DNA of 64,000 nt from Candidatus Latescibacterota bacterium (GCA_965243025.1 CBDETY010000003.1:1088001-1152000); one strand, 5' to 3'. Numbered from the stretch's first letter, positions 47,083 to 57,305 are shown. Translations and numbers: made by a program. Notes: a model not told the origin generated them from the letters alone.

Positions 47083-48999
47083 TCACAGTTCGGGGGGAAC
47101 CTCCCAGGCGCCGTCGAAGCCGCCGGCGCCCTCGATGCGGAAGCGGTTCCCGGCGAAATCGAATTCGGCCTCGATGCCGTTGGCGAACCCGGTGCGCTGC
47201 CGGGAGCCCTCCCTGTCGAGGAACTGGTGCGACACCATCTCCGCAAAGGCGACGGTCCGGTGAAATGCGCTCCAGCGGACGAGCCACTGCTGCTTGGCGC
47301 GCTGCTGTTCGCTTCCCCAGTTGACCATCGGCACGACGGGGTAGGGGAGCCAGTTGTACGACGGGGCGGAGGCGAACAACAGCTCGTAGAGACGCGGGGT
47401 GCGGTCCTTCCACCAGTCGTAGCCGCTGGCGTAGGCGCTGTACCCGCCCCCGGAAAAGCCGGCCATGAAGCAGTCGTTGAAGACGAGCTGAAACAGCGGC
47501 ACCGGCAGGCCGGCGGGGGCGGCGCAGCCCCGGGTGGGCTCGTTCGACAGCCGGTCGCTCGCCCAGTCGGTGAAGAAGAAGAAATCGCACTCTCCGACCG
47601 CCCAGAAACGGGCGAGCTCGGCGCCGGGAACGAGACCGCGGCGCCGGGTCTCGGCGAAACAGGCGGTTTCCGCCTCGAGGTTGTCTCGCCTCGTCATCCG
47701 GTGCGAGGGAGAGTAGTCCTCGGGCAGACCACCATGAGCGGCGAAGCCGTCGTAGTACATCGCGTCCAGCCCGAGGCCGTGGTGCTCCAGGGAGTCGAAG
47801 ATCATTCCCATGCGCTCGGCCGCGTCCCAGCCGCTCAGCAGCCGGCCCTGTCCGCCCTCGCGGTCGAGGGGGTACCGTTCGGGGTCGTACGCGAACCCTT
47901 CCGGAACCTGCATTCCCGGATTCACGAACCCCTGTATCAGGCAGCCGAGGTCGTGAAGCCGGCGCTCCAGCCGCACCAGGGTGCCCCAGCCGCCCGGGAC
48001 CGGATCGGGATGCAGGTAGGCCTGCCAGCCGGCGGTGCAGGTGGTCGGAGTTCCCTCCTCGGGGGAGTACCCGGCGGGCGACCACTTGGGAAAGAAGAAG
48101 TTGATGCCGATTCCGTCGCCGCGGAGGCGCTGCACGTCCCCGAGAACGGCCTTTCCGTCGTCGGGGTTCCAGGCAGGCCAGCGGTAGAGGACGTTGCCGG
48201 CGTAGCCGCGAACCGCCGGGGTCTGTTCCGCCTTTTCCGCGAGCGGGTGCACCAGACCGCCGGCGGAAGCGCGGCTGCGGTACCACTTCGCCATGCCGAC
48301 GTAGTCCGTATCCTCGGCGAACCGAAGCAGCAGCCGGCGCGGGTACGCGAGCCGGCCGAGGCTGGCCTCCCAGTTGAAGCTGAGCGCCGAGAATTCACCC
48401 GGAGCGTGATCGGCGGTTGCGTCGCAGTCCCACCAGGTCTCGACGAGGGCGCAGAGCGACCGGTCGCCGGCGGCGAGCGCGAACAGCGGCAGGGCCCAGC
48501 GGGCCCCCACGAAACCGCCCGGTGGAGCCGCCCCAGGCAGCTCGTCCGGGCAGTCGGCCGGTATCAGGTACCCCGATCCGTGGGGCAGCAGCATCCAGCC
48601 GCCGAGCCCGACCGGCTTCTCGATCCGGTAGAGGTCGCGCACGGCGCTGACCGTGTCCGACCCGCCGAGCTGCTCCACCTGCACCAGGAGCTCGCCGGCG
48701 TCCCCGTCGATGCCGAGGAACAGGCCGACGGCCACGTCGGCTCCTTCGTACCCCCCCAGGCGCAGCCGCTGTCCCCGGAAGCGCCCTTCTTCCCATGGTT
48801 CGGCGGAAACGTGTGCAGCAGCGGCGAGGGGGGACTCGGAGGGGCCGCTACCGGTCCCGGCAATCAGTCGGGGTGGCCGCCGGTGGGAGCTCTCCCACAG
48901 CCGCCGTCCGTCGGCCCCGTGGACCGTGATCCGCAACTCGTCGTCGAGGCCGACGCGAATGCGGCTTCCTGTCAGGGTGATTTCAACCGACATGGGCAT
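47083..48999 (-). CDS. Putative glycoside hydrolase (DUF5696/GH129/GH101-like)
   Basis: DYVGMAKWYR, GG...L..L...LHDLG, YYDGF, GAE, VPLFQLVFND, F.NG...FDF. Confidence 0.6.
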   Translation of the reverse strand: MPMSVEITLTGSRIRVGLDDELRITVHGADGRRLWESSHRRPPRLIAGTGSGPSESPLAAAAHVSAEPWEEGRFRGQRLRLGGYEGADVAVGLFLGIDGDAGELLVQVEQLGGSDTVSAVRDLYRIEKPVGLGGWMLLPHGSGYLIPADCPDELPGAAPPGGFVGARWALPLFALAAGDRSLCALVETWWDCDATADHAPGEFSALSFNWEASLGRLAYPRRLLLRFAEDTDYVGMAKWYRSRASAGGLVHPLAEKAEQTPAVRGYAGNVLYRWPAWNPDDGKAVLGDVQRLRGDGIGINFFFPKWSPAGYSPEEGTPTTCTAGWQAYLHPDPVPGGWGTLVRLERRLHDLGCLIQGFVNPGMQVPEGFAYDPERYPLDREGGQGRLLSGWDAAERMGMIFDSLEHHGLGLDAMYYDGFAAHGGLPEDYSPSHRMTRRDNLEAETACFAETRRRGLVPGAELARFWAVGECDFFFFTDWASDRLSNEPTRGCAAPAGLPVPLFQLVFNDCFMAGFSGGGYSAYASGYDWWKDRTPRLYELLFASAPSYNWLPYPVVPMVNWGSEQQRAKQQWLVRWSAFHRTVAFAEMVSHQFLDREGSRQRTGFANGIEAEFDFAGNRFRIEGAGGFDGAWEVPPEL

Positions 49000-49091
49000 G
49001 ATCTCGAAAGTCGGGGCTTTCGCCCGGATCCTGCTCCGGGCAGTCCCCTGCAGGCAAGTTGCGGTTTCATCATCAAGACTGCGCCCCCTAA

Positions 49092-49250
49092 CAGCCCGTT
49101 GAAAAAGTCCATCCGGGCTGCGGCCGGCCCTGGCGGTCGAATCCGGCGTTGCGCTCCTTCCCCGAATCCCTCGATTCGACTCGGTCGCGCGCCTTGTCTT
49201 CGACCGCCATGACTCGGCCTCCCCTGCAGAGCAACTTTATCAACGGGCTG
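49092..49250. mobile_element. MITE/REP-like non-autonomous element (159 bp)
   Basis: Terminal inverted repeats CAGCCCGTTGAAAAAGT / ACTTTATCAACGGGCTG (16/17 match); inner inverted repeat GGCGGTCGAA / TTCGACCGCC. Confidence 0.7.
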
Positions 49251-49375
49251 CCAAGGGCTTTTCGCCGTTTTTTTCTTCCGGATCATTTTCCTGTCTTGAT
49301 TCCGCGTCGAATATCCGGCCTGTGTCGACGTGATCTGCCCTTGGCCGGCGGGAGAGAACCACATCGGGCAAAGTG

Positions 49376-50632
49376 TCATGGTCTCAGGGAGGCGACAGGT
49401 ATGACGGATACTCCGTCGTCGCGAAGGTATCCAATTCCGGAACTCACGATAACCCCGAGGGTTTTCGGCGCCCCGGTTTTTTCCGGGTCAACACGGTCTC
49501 TGAATTTCACGAGGGTCGAAGCCGCCGCGTCGATCTGCCCTCCCCCCAATTTGATTTCGAAGGCGCACCAGTCTCCCTGGCGGTTTTCCACTACCGCATC
49601 CACTTCGAGACCTGTGCTGTCCCGGTAGTGATACACCGCCGCGTCACATGCCCGGGCATACACGGAGAGTTCGCGGTGGGCCAGCGACTCGAACAGCAGA
49701 CCGAAGACCTCCAGATCGGCAAACAGCCGCTCGGGAGTCGCGCCGAGAGCGGCCGCGGCCAGGGACGGGTCGACGAAATGTCGCTTGGGCGCGCGACGGA
49801 GCAGCGACCTGGAGCGCAGATGGGGCGACCAGGCCGGCTGCTCCTCGTAGACCATCAACCGGCGCAAGGCGTCGAGGTACCCGCGCACTGTGTCGGCGTC
49901 GAGGGGGCCGCCGTCGCCGCCGGCATCCGCGGCGATGGTTCGGGCGCTGACCGGGGTCGCCAGGTTTCGGGCAAGCGAGCGCAGCACCCTGCCGACGTTC
50001 TCCGGGTCGCGCCGGACTCCATCGGGGCGGGAGATGTCGACGCGCCGGATCTCTTCGAGGTAGTCGATGCGGGCCCCCCGGCATGCGGCATCCGAAAGCC
50101 CCAGGTCACCAGGCCAGCCGCCTCGGCAGAGATGTACCGCAACCTCCTGCAGAGTCAGGCCGGGGTCCAGGCAGCTATCGAAATGGCCGGACAGCAGGTT
50201 CCGCAGGGAGACCTCGCCGGTCGATATTCCGGTCTCCAGCAGAGTCATTGTGCGCAACCGGAGCCGGGAGATGCGTCCCGCCCCGGTATGGCGGGTGATG
50301 TCGTCGGCCGGAGCTGCCGAACCGGTCAGGATGAACTGCCCGCGGTCCGTTCTCCTGTCGACGGCCCGTCGAACGTGGTTCCACAGCAGCGGCTCGACCT
50401 GCCATTCGTCGATCAGCCGCGGCCTTTCTCCCGCCAATACCAGGGAGGGGTCAACCGCCGCGGCGTGGCGGGCGTTCTCGTCGACGTCAAGCAACACCTC
50501 GCTTGCCGCTACCTGGCGGGCCATGGCGGTCTTGCCGCAGGCCCTGGGACCCTCGATCAGAACCGCTCCGGCGGACTCCAGTCGACTAACCAACTCCCGG
50601 TCGCCGATGCGTGGGATATAAGCGTCCACCAC
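49376..50632 (-). CDS. AAA_14 ATPase with C-terminal DUF4143 (PD-(D/E)xK-like) domain
   Basis: GPRACGKT, LIDEWQ, FILTGS, GGWP, K.HFVDP, EVDAVV...AFEIKL. Confidence 0.9.
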   Translation of the reverse strand: MVDAYIPRIGDRELVSRLESAGAVLIEGPRACGKTAMARQVAASEVLLDVDENARHAAAVDPSLVLAGERPRLIDEWQVEPLLWNHVRRAVDRRTDRGQFILTGSAAPADDITRHTGAGRISRLRLRTMTLLETGISTGEVSLRNLLSGHFDSCLDPGLTLQEVAVHLCRGGWPGDLGLSDAACRGARIDYLEEIRRVDISRPDGVRRDPENVGRVLRSLARNLATPVSARTIAADAGGDGGPLDADTVRGYLDALRRLMVYEEQPAWSPHLRSRSLLRRAPKRHFVDPSLAAAALGATPERLFADLEVFGLLFESLAHRELSVYARACDAAVYHYRDSTGLEVDAVVENRQGDWCAFEIKLGGGQIDAAASTLVKFRDRVDPEKTGAPKTLGVIVSSGIGYLRDDGVSVIPVASLRP

Positions 50633-50661
50633 GGTCGCGCAGCCCTCCATTTGCAAGGGTC

Positions 50662-50753
50662 AACCGGCCAAATGCAAGAAATAAAACCGGCCAAATATAA
50701 GAAATACAACCGGCCAAATGAAAGAAATACAACCTGTCGAATGAAACCCATTT
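50662..50753. repeat. 23-bp tandem direct repeat array (3 copies plus 1 degenerate)
   Basis: AACCGGCCAAATGCAAGAAATAA, AACCGGCCAAATATAAGAAATAC, AACCGGCCAAATGAAAGAAATAC, AACCTGTCGAATGAAACCCATTT. Confidence 0.9.
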
Positions 50754-51091
50754 CGGCCGGTTTCGACCGGTAACAACCAAAATCCCGGCTATGTGAAGAA
50801 TAACCCCAGGCATCCCGGCACAGCACTTTCCCGGCGCAGACCAACCTCTCGGATCGAAGGCACCATTTCCTGCAAACCGAACCGTTGCGCGCGGTTTCAA
50901 GGGTGGCGGGAATGCAGCTTATCCAGCAGTCCGGCCCTGGCGGTCGCACCTGGGATATGGATGACTGGCGGCCCCGGGCCGCCTCTGTAATCCGGAATTC
51001 CGCGAAAATTCCGGGTCGATGGCCGCAACCGATCTTCCTACATTCCCTGCCGGACCCCGCAAGGAAGCAGGACAGACTCACCGGAGAAAGC

Positions 51092-52354
51092 ATGAACCAG
51101 CTCGCCGACCAGCTGTTCGAGGAAATCAGCCGCATCCCGTGCATCAACTCGCACTCCCACCTGATGCCGGAAGCGAACCGCCTCGAGGCGAACCCCGACA
51201 TCCTCGAGTTCTTCAGCCACGCCTACCCCGGCGCCGACCTGCGCTCGGCAGGCATGCCCGAGGAGGAGATGGAGGCCGCCCTGAAGCCGGGCAGGCCGAT
51301 GGGGGAGCGCTGGCATATCTTCGAACCCTGGTGGAGTTCGATCCGGCTGACCGGGTACTCGCAGGCCATTTGCGAGGGGATCGGCGACCTGCTCGGCTTC
51401 GACGAGCTCTCCGCCGGCACGGTGGAGGGGATCTCGAGCGAGCTCGCGCGGCGCAACAGGCCGGGGCTGTACCGCGAGGTGCTGAAAACGCGGGCGAACA
51501 TCGAACGCTCGATCGTCAACATGAACGACCTGGTCGAGGTCGACCGCGAGTTCTTCCTCGGACTGCCGCGCCTGAACCGGTTCAGCATGCTCAACTCGGC
51601 CGCCGACGTCGAGGCCATCGAGGGCGACTACGGGGCCGCCGTCGGCAGTCTCGACGACCACGTCTCCCTCATCCGCAAGGTGTGCGGCGACTGGAAGGCC
51701 GCGGTGGTTGCCGGGATCAAGCTGTCGCAGTCTTATCACCGGCCGATGGATTTCACCGAGCGCAACCGGGAGGAGGCCGCCGCCGTGTACGACGGACTGC
51801 TGCGGGGGGAGTACCCGGGACTCGATTCCCCGGCGGGCCGGGTGCTCGAGGATTACCTCGTTTTCGAGTGCTGCCGCGCCGCCGGCGAGGCCGGCCTGAC
51901 AATCCAGTTTCACATGGGGATGCGGGCCGGCAACTACGGCGGCATGGAGGGCTGCAGCCCGGCCGGGCTCACCGAGCTGATGCGCAGCTTTCCCGAGGCC
52001 CGCTTCGACCTCTCGCACGCAGGCTACCCATACCTGCGGGAAGGGGCGGTCCTCGGCAAGACCTTCCCAAACTGCTTCCTCAACATGTCCTGGATTCACA
52101 TCATCTCCCCCCAGGGTTCCCGGCACGACCTCAAGGAGTGGCTGCGCATGGTGCCGAGCAACAAGATCATCGCCTTCGGAGACGACGTCATGCACGCGGA
52201 GGTGGTGTACGGCCACCTCAAGATGGCGCGCCGGAACTTCGCCGCAGTCCTGGCGGAGATGATCGAAGAGGGTCTGCTGAGCGACTCGCACGCGCTCGAC
52301 GTGGCGCGCGCCGCTTTCCACGACACCCCGGCGGTCGTGTACGACGTCCAGTGA
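51092..52354 (+). CDS. Amidohydrolase family protein (uronate isomerase-like)
   Basis: NSHSH, QFHMG, SHAGYP, VPSNKIIAFGDD. Confidence 0.85.
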   Translation: MNQLADQLFEEISRIPCINSHSHLMPEANRLEANPDILEFFSHAYPGADLRSAGMPEEEMEAALKPGRPMGERWHIFEPWWSSIRLTGYSQAICEGIGDLLGFDELSAGTVEGISSELARRNRPGLYREVLKTRANIERSIVNMNDLVEVDREFFLGLPRLNRFSMLNSAADVEAIEGDYGAAVGSLDDHVSLIRKVCGDWKAAVVAGIKLSQSYHRPMDFTERNREEAAAVYDGLLRGEYPGLDSPAGRVLEDYLVFECCRAAGEAGLTIQFHMGMRAGNYGGMEGCSPAGLTELMRSFPEARFDLSHAGYPYLREGAVLGKTFPNCFLNMSWIHIISPQGSRHDLKEWLRMVPSNKIIAFGDDVMHAEVVYGHLKMARRNFAAVLAEMIEEGLLSDSHALDVARAAFHDTPAVVYDVQ

Positions 52355-52363
52355 GGTCCGGGC

Positions 52364-53146
52364 ATGCCGCGCAGCCTGACGCAGGGGCAGGTCGATTCCT
52401 TCCGGCGCGACGGCTTCCTCGTCGTCGAGGACGTGTTGTCGGCGGCGGAAATCGCCCTGCTGGCGGAACGGACCGACCTGATCGCCTCGGGGGAGGCGGC
52501 GCACATACCCGGTTCCAGCATCCAGCTCGAGCCGGTTTTCCGCGAGGGCAGGCGGGCGGTCGCCGACCGGGTGCTGGCCGTGCGCAAGCTCTACAACATC
52601 GCCGTGTACGACGACGTGCTGTGGGCTCACGTTACCGACGACAGGATCGTCGACATCGCCGCCGACCTGCTGGGAACCGAGGACATCAAGATGTACGCCG
52701 ATCAGCTGTTCATGAAGGGGCCGGAGACCGGCAGCGCCCAGGCCTGGCACCAGGACTCCGCCTCCTGGCGCGACCTCTTCCCGATGGACCTGGTGACCGC
52801 CTGGACCGCCATCGACGCGGCGACCCGGGAAAACGGCTGCCTCGAGTTCGCCGCCGGCACCCATCGCTGGGGCATGATGAGGCGGGAGCAGCTGGCCCCG
52901 CATGTGCCCCACCTCGGGAGCGAGCCCTGGCCGATCGTTCCGGCCCCTCTCGAACCGGGAAGCATCAGCTTTCACCACAGCCTCACCCTGCACCGCAGCG
53001 GGGCCAATCATTCCGAGGCGCGCCGCCGCGGTTACGCCGTGCACTACATGCGGGCGACGACGGTAAGGGACGAAACGGTCACCGACGCCCCCGAGGTGCC
53101 CCCCTATCGCCAGGTGCGGGGGCGATCGTTTCCCGGCTGCGTGTAG
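52364..53146 (+). CDS. PhyH family dioxygenase
   Basis: FRRDGFL, WHQD, ENGCL, LHRSGAN..RR. Confidence 0.92.
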   Translation: MPRSLTQGQVDSFRRDGFLVVEDVLSAAEIALLAERTDLIASGEAAHIPGSSIQLEPVFREGRRAVADRVLAVRKLYNIAVYDDVLWAHVTDDRIVDIAADLLGTEDIKMYADQLFMKGPETGSAQAWHQDSASWRDLFPMDLVTAWTAIDAATRENGCLEFAAGTHRWGMMRREQLAPHVPHLGSEPWPIVPAPLEPGSISFHHSLTLHRSGANHSEARRRGYAVHYMRATTVRDETVTDAPEVPPYRQVRGRSFPGCV

Positions 53147-53249
53147 TGTCCCGCAGCAGAGATATGTCCCCATCGCAAAGCCGATCCATTTGGATCCGGG
53201 ATTTCCTCCGGGACGCCGGCGACTATTGCGCCATTCGCTGGACACTGCA

Positions 53250-54500
53250 ATGAGCCGGGACTTCGACTGGCTGATCCGGGGCGGGCGGGTGATCGACCCG
53301 GCCAACGGTGTGGACGGCCCCCTGGATGTGGCGATCTCCAACGGCAGGATCGCCGCGGTAGGCGCCGACCTCGACAGCGGCTCCGCCCGCAACACCTGCG
53401 ATGCCGGCGGCAGGCTCGTGACTCCGGGGCTCGTCGACCTGCACACCCACACCTATCACCTGGCGACCCCCCTCGGCATCGACCCCGACCATTACTGTCT
53501 CGGACGCGGGGTCACCACGGCGGTCGACACCGGCAGCGCCGGCTGCGACACCTTCCCCGGCTTCCGGGCCTTCTCGGTGGAGCGCTTCCGCACCCGGGTC
53601 CTGGCGTTTCTCAACATATCGCGGGCCGGCCTCGCCGTCGGCGGGGCGACGGACAAGGACGCGGCCGGGGAGCTGGAGTCGGCGAAGTTCATCCATGCAG
53701 AAGATTGCGCCGCCTGCATCGAGGCGAACCGCGACGTCCTCGTCGGGGTGAAGGTGCGCCTGTCCGCCTCGATCGCCGACAAAGGCCGCAACGAGGCGCT
53801 GGCCTACCGCGAAGCGCGGGAGGCGGCCGCGGCTGCGGGCACGCCGCTGATGGTCCATCACACCTTCTCCACCGTCCCGTTGGAGGATGCTCCGGGACAG
53901 ATGCTGGGCGGCGACGTGTACACCCACTGCTACCACGGGTACGAAAGCACCATCCTCGACCCGGGAACGCGAGCGATCCACCCCTCCGTAACGGAGGCGC
54001 GCGAACGCGGAGTCCTGTTCGATATCGGGCACGGGATGGGTGCGTTCAACTGGACCGTGGCCGAGATTTGTGCCGCCATGGAATTCTGGCCGGACGCGGT
54101 CAGCACCGACATGCACACCCTCACCTGCGAGGGGCCGGGGTACGACCTGCCCACGGTAATGTCCAAGCTCCTCCATGTGGGCATGCCGCTGGAGGAGGTA
54201 ATTCGCGCCTCCACGGTGAACGCCGCGGCGGCCATAGGCTGGCAGGACCGCGTCGGAACGCTGGGAGTCGGGCGGGAAGCGGACGTTGCGGTGCTCGCTC
54301 TCAACGAAGTGGATGTCGAGCTGGAGGACTGTCAGGGGCAGACGCGGCGCCTCTCCCGGCGCCTCGAGGCCGAGGCGGTCTGGAGGGCGGGGGAGCCGGC
54401 CGCAATCACCAGGCCGGAGCAGTGGCCGAATCCCGGGAACGCCGAGAAGGCCAGGGCCGGGTGGCCGCAGCTTCTGATCCGGGACGACACTCCGCCGTAA
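53250..54500 (+). CDS. Dihydroorotase-like amidohydrolase/deacetylase
   Basis: PGLVDLHTH, GVTTAVDTGS, GVKVR, THCY, STD, G.L.VG..AD. Confidence 0.88.
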   Translation: MSRDFDWLIRGGRVIDPANGVDGPLDVAISNGRIAAVGADLDSGSARNTCDAGGRLVTPGLVDLHTHTYHLATPLGIDPDHYCLGRGVTTAVDTGSAGCDTFPGFRAFSVERFRTRVLAFLNISRAGLAVGGATDKDAAGELESAKFIHAEDCAACIEANRDVLVGVKVRLSASIADKGRNEALAYREAREAAAAAGTPLMVHHTFSTVPLEDAPGQMLGGDVYTHCYHGYESTILDPGTRAIHPSVTEARERGVLFDIGHGMGAFNWTVAEICAAMEFWPDAVSTDMHTLTCEGPGYDLPTVMSKLLHVGMPLEEVIRASTVNAAAAIGWQDRVGTLGVGREADVAVLALNEVDVELEDCQGQTRRLSRRLEAEAVWRAGEPAAITRPEQWPNPGNAEKARAGWPQLLIRDDTPP

Positions 54501-54626
54501 TGTATGCGCCCCCGCACACCCCGGGACGACCGGCCAGGGCAACCTTGCGCGCCGGGCGCATCGGGGCTCTCGTTTCGCACGCTGACTTTCACGCGCAGGC
54601 ACTGACCGCAGCGGAAGGGACCTGAA

Positions 54627-55442
54627 ATGTTCGATTTCGGCGGAAAGAATGCCGTGATAACCGGGGCCGGGGGAGCGATCGGCGGCGAGATCGCCCGCGG
54701 TCTCGCAGGTGCCGGGGCCAGGGTGGCGATCTGGGACATCTCGGAGGAGGCGGGCCGGAACAAGGCGGAGGAGATAAACGGACAGTCCCCGGCCGGAGAG
54801 GTCGCGGCCGTCCGGTGCGACGCCATGTCGAGGGAGAGCGTCGCCGCGGCCCTGGAGGAAACCCTCGACCGGTTCGGCACCGTGCACCAGCTCGTCAACG
54901 GCGCCGGCGGCAGCCATCCCACCACGACCACCTCCCCGGACCTCGAGTTCTTCGACATCGAACCGGAGAACGTCAGGAAGGTGATGGACCTCAACTACCT
55001 GACCGGGGTGATCCCCTCCCAGGCGGTCGGCCGGGTGTTCGCGGAGAACGAGGAGGGGGCGGTGGTCAACATCACCTCGATCGGGGGCGGCCTGCCCCTG
55101 GGGAGGGCGCTCGCCTATTCGAACGGCAAGGCGGCCGCCGACAGCTTCACGCGCTGGCTCGCCGTGCACATGGCCTCGACCTACTCCCCCAACATCCGCG
55201 TCAACGCCATCGCCCCCGGGTTCATGATAACCAACCAGAACCGCTTCCTGCTGCTCGACGAACGGACGCAGCAGCTGACCGAGCGGGGGGAGACGGTGGT
55301 GAAGAACGTGCCGATGGGGCGTTTCGGGGATCCTGTCGAGATAGTGGGCGCGGCCCTGTGGCTGCTGTCGGACCAGGCGACCTTCGTCACCGGGGCGGTC
55401 ATCCCGGTGGACGGCGGGTTCTCCGCCAACTGCGGGGTGTGA
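54627..55442 (+). CDS. SDR oxidoreductase (D-mannonate oxidoreductase-like)
   Basis: TGAGGAIG, NGAGG, YSNGK, RVNAIAPGF, VDGGFSA..GV. Confidence 0.88.
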   Translation: MFDFGGKNAVITGAGGAIGGEIARGLAGAGARVAIWDISEEAGRNKAEEINGQSPAGEVAAVRCDAMSRESVAAALEETLDRFGTVHQLVNGAGGSHPTTTTSPDLEFFDIEPENVRKVMDLNYLTGVIPSQAVGRVFAENEEGAVVNITSIGGGLPLGRALAYSNGKAAADSFTRWLAVHMASTYSPNIRVNAIAPGFMITNQNRFLLLDERTQQLTERGETVVKNVPMGRFGDPVEIVGAALWLLSDQATFVTGAVIPVDGGFSANCGV

Positions 55443-56461
55443 TGGCGGCGGGAGAGGCCCGGTCGGTCCCCGGATCGGTGAAGCGCGTCGGGGTGATCAT
55501 CCCGACGCGCCTGCGCCGGGATCTGTTCCGGGCCGCTGACGAGGAGCGGTTGGACCGGTTGGCCGAGGTCACCTGGACCGATTCGGCGGAAAACCTGACG
55601 GTGCCGGAAGCCGTAGCCCTGCTGTCGGGGTGTCACGTCGGGGTCGGTTCCTGGGGGACGCCCTACCCGGATGCCGGGCTGATGGCGGGATGCCCCGATC
55701 TCGAGCTCTGGGTCCACGGGGCGGGTACGGTCAAGCACATGTTCGGCCCGCACCTGGAGGGGCGGCGCCTGACCATTGCCTCGTGCGCCCCGGCGATCGC
55801 CGAAAACGTCGCCGAGATCACCCTGGCGCAGCTGATCGTCGGGCTGCGGCTCACCCTCGAGAACGGCGCGGCGAACCGCGCCGGGCCCGCGCCGCGGCCG
55901 CAGAGCAGCAGGACCCTTGCGCAGTCGACGGTCGGGGTGATCGGGGCCTCGCTGGTGGGCCGCAGGGTCGTCCGCAACCTGCGGCCGTTCTCACCGAGAA
56001 TCCTGCTGTACGACCCTTTTCTCGGCGGCGGGGAGGCGGCGGAGCTCGGGGTCGAGCCGGTCCCGGATCTCGTCGAGCTCTGCTCCCGGTCCGACGCGGT
56101 GACCCTCCATACGCCGGCCCTGCCGGCAACAGCAAAACTGATGGGGGCTTCCCAGTTCCGGGCGATGAGGGACGACGCCCTGTTCATCAACACGTCACGG
56201 GGCATGTGCGTCGATGAAGAGGCCCTCGCCGACGAGCTGGCCAAAGGGCGGCTGTTCGCCTTCCTCGACGTGTCGGATCCGGAGCCGGCCGCCCCCGACA
56301 GCCCGTTGCGGCGCCTTCCCAACGTCGTGTACAACTCCCACCTTGCCGGCGGCAGGGACTGGAAGATCGGCCGTCAGGTGGTCGACGATATCGAGGCGTA
56401 CCTGAACGGCGGCAGCCCCCTGCACCCGGTGACCGCCGACATGCTGGAGCGGATCGCCTGA
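55442..56461 (+). CDS. D-2-hydroxyacid dehydrogenase family protein
   Basis: GASLVG, LHTP, FINTSRG, LDV, SHLAG. Confidence 0.9.
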   Translation: MAAGEARSVPGSVKRVGVIIPTRLRRDLFRAADEERLDRLAEVTWTDSAENLTVPEAVALLSGCHVGVGSWGTPYPDAGLMAGCPDLELWVHGAGTVKHMFGPHLEGRRLTIASCAPAIAENVAEITLAQLIVGLRLTLENGAANRAGPAPRPQSSRTLAQSTVGVIGASLVGRRVVRNLRPFSPRILLYDPFLGGGEAAELGVEPVPDLVELCSRSDAVTLHTPALPATAKLMGASQFRAMRDDALFINTSRGMCVDEEALADELAKGRLFAFLDVSDPEPAAPDSPLRRLPNVVYNSHLAGGRDWKIGRQVVDDIEAYLNGGSPLHPVTADMLERIA

Positions 56462-56508
56462 GGCGGCCGGCTCTGGTATCCCGAGGTCCGGAAGCGAAAA
56501 CCGCGATC

Positions 56509-57276
56509 ATGATCGATATCGAACATTTCCGGGAAAAAGGGTACCTCACCGGGCTGGAGGCCTTCCGCCCCGGGGAGCGTCCGCACCTGCTCGCCGTGTA
56601 CCGGCGCCTGCGGGCGCTGCTGCCTCCGGGGGTGCCCGCCGACCGCATGGACTGGTGGCACGGGCGCGACCGGGAGTTCTGGGAGATCTGCCGCGCCCCC
56701 CGCATCCTCGACTGGGTGGAGGAGATCCTGGGACCGGACTTCTACCTCTGGGGATCCCAGTTCTTCTGCAAGGACCCCGGGGACGCCCGCACCGTGCCCT
56801 GGCACCAGGACGCCTTCTACTGGCCGCTGTCGCCGCCGCGGTCGCTGACCGTCTGGGTGGCGGTGTCGGATGTCGACGAGGGGAACGGCGCCATGCAGGT
56901 GCTGCCCCGGACCCACGGGGAAAAGCTCCCCCACGCGGCAACCGGCCGGGAAGGGGACGTCCTCGACTCCGGCATCGACCCCGGTGCCATCGACCCCTCC
57001 GGGGCGGTATCGCTGGTGCTCGAGGCCGGGCAGGCGAGCATCCACGACGACCGCATCGCCCACGGCTCCGGGCCGAACCGGTCGGGGCGGCCACGCCTGG
57101 GGCTGACGATCCGGTTTTCGGCCGGGGAAGTCAGGTGCGACACCTCCGTATGGCCTTTCTTCAAGGCTTTCTGGTGCCGCGGACGCGACCGCTGGGGCCA
57201 CAACCCGGCCGGGGCGCCGCCGACGTCCAACATGAGCGAATTCGAGAATGTGACCCCGGGAACCGCCGAGCGCTAG
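56509..57276 (+). CDS. PhyH family dioxygenase
   Basis: WHQD, NGAM..LPRTH, HGSGPN...R. Confidence 0.9.
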   Translation: MIDIEHFREKGYLTGLEAFRPGERPHLLAVYRRLRALLPPGVPADRMDWWHGRDREFWEICRAPRILDWVEEILGPDFYLWGSQFFCKDPGDARTVPWHQDAFYWPLSPPRSLTVWVAVSDVDEGNGAMQVLPRTHGEKLPHAATGREGDVLDSGIDPGAIDPSGAVSLVLEAGQASIHDDRIAHGSGPNRSGRPRLGLTIRFSAGEVRCDTSVWPFFKAFWCRGRDRWGHNPAGAPPTSNMSEFENVTPGTAER

Positions 57277-57305
57277 CAATCTCGGCCTGCAGGAGAGGAG
57301 ATACC

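Noticed and set aside
45431-48286. 951-aa fusion ORF, and other N-terminally extended calls (12581, 19564-21042, 38715, 54815, 56655, 57689)
   Set aside because: The extensions overlap real upstream genes in another frame; the true starts with RBS or lipobox lie downstream.
50662-50753. Possible mini-CRISPR array
   Set aside because: The repeats are directly adjacent with no unique spacers, and there are no cas genes in the window.
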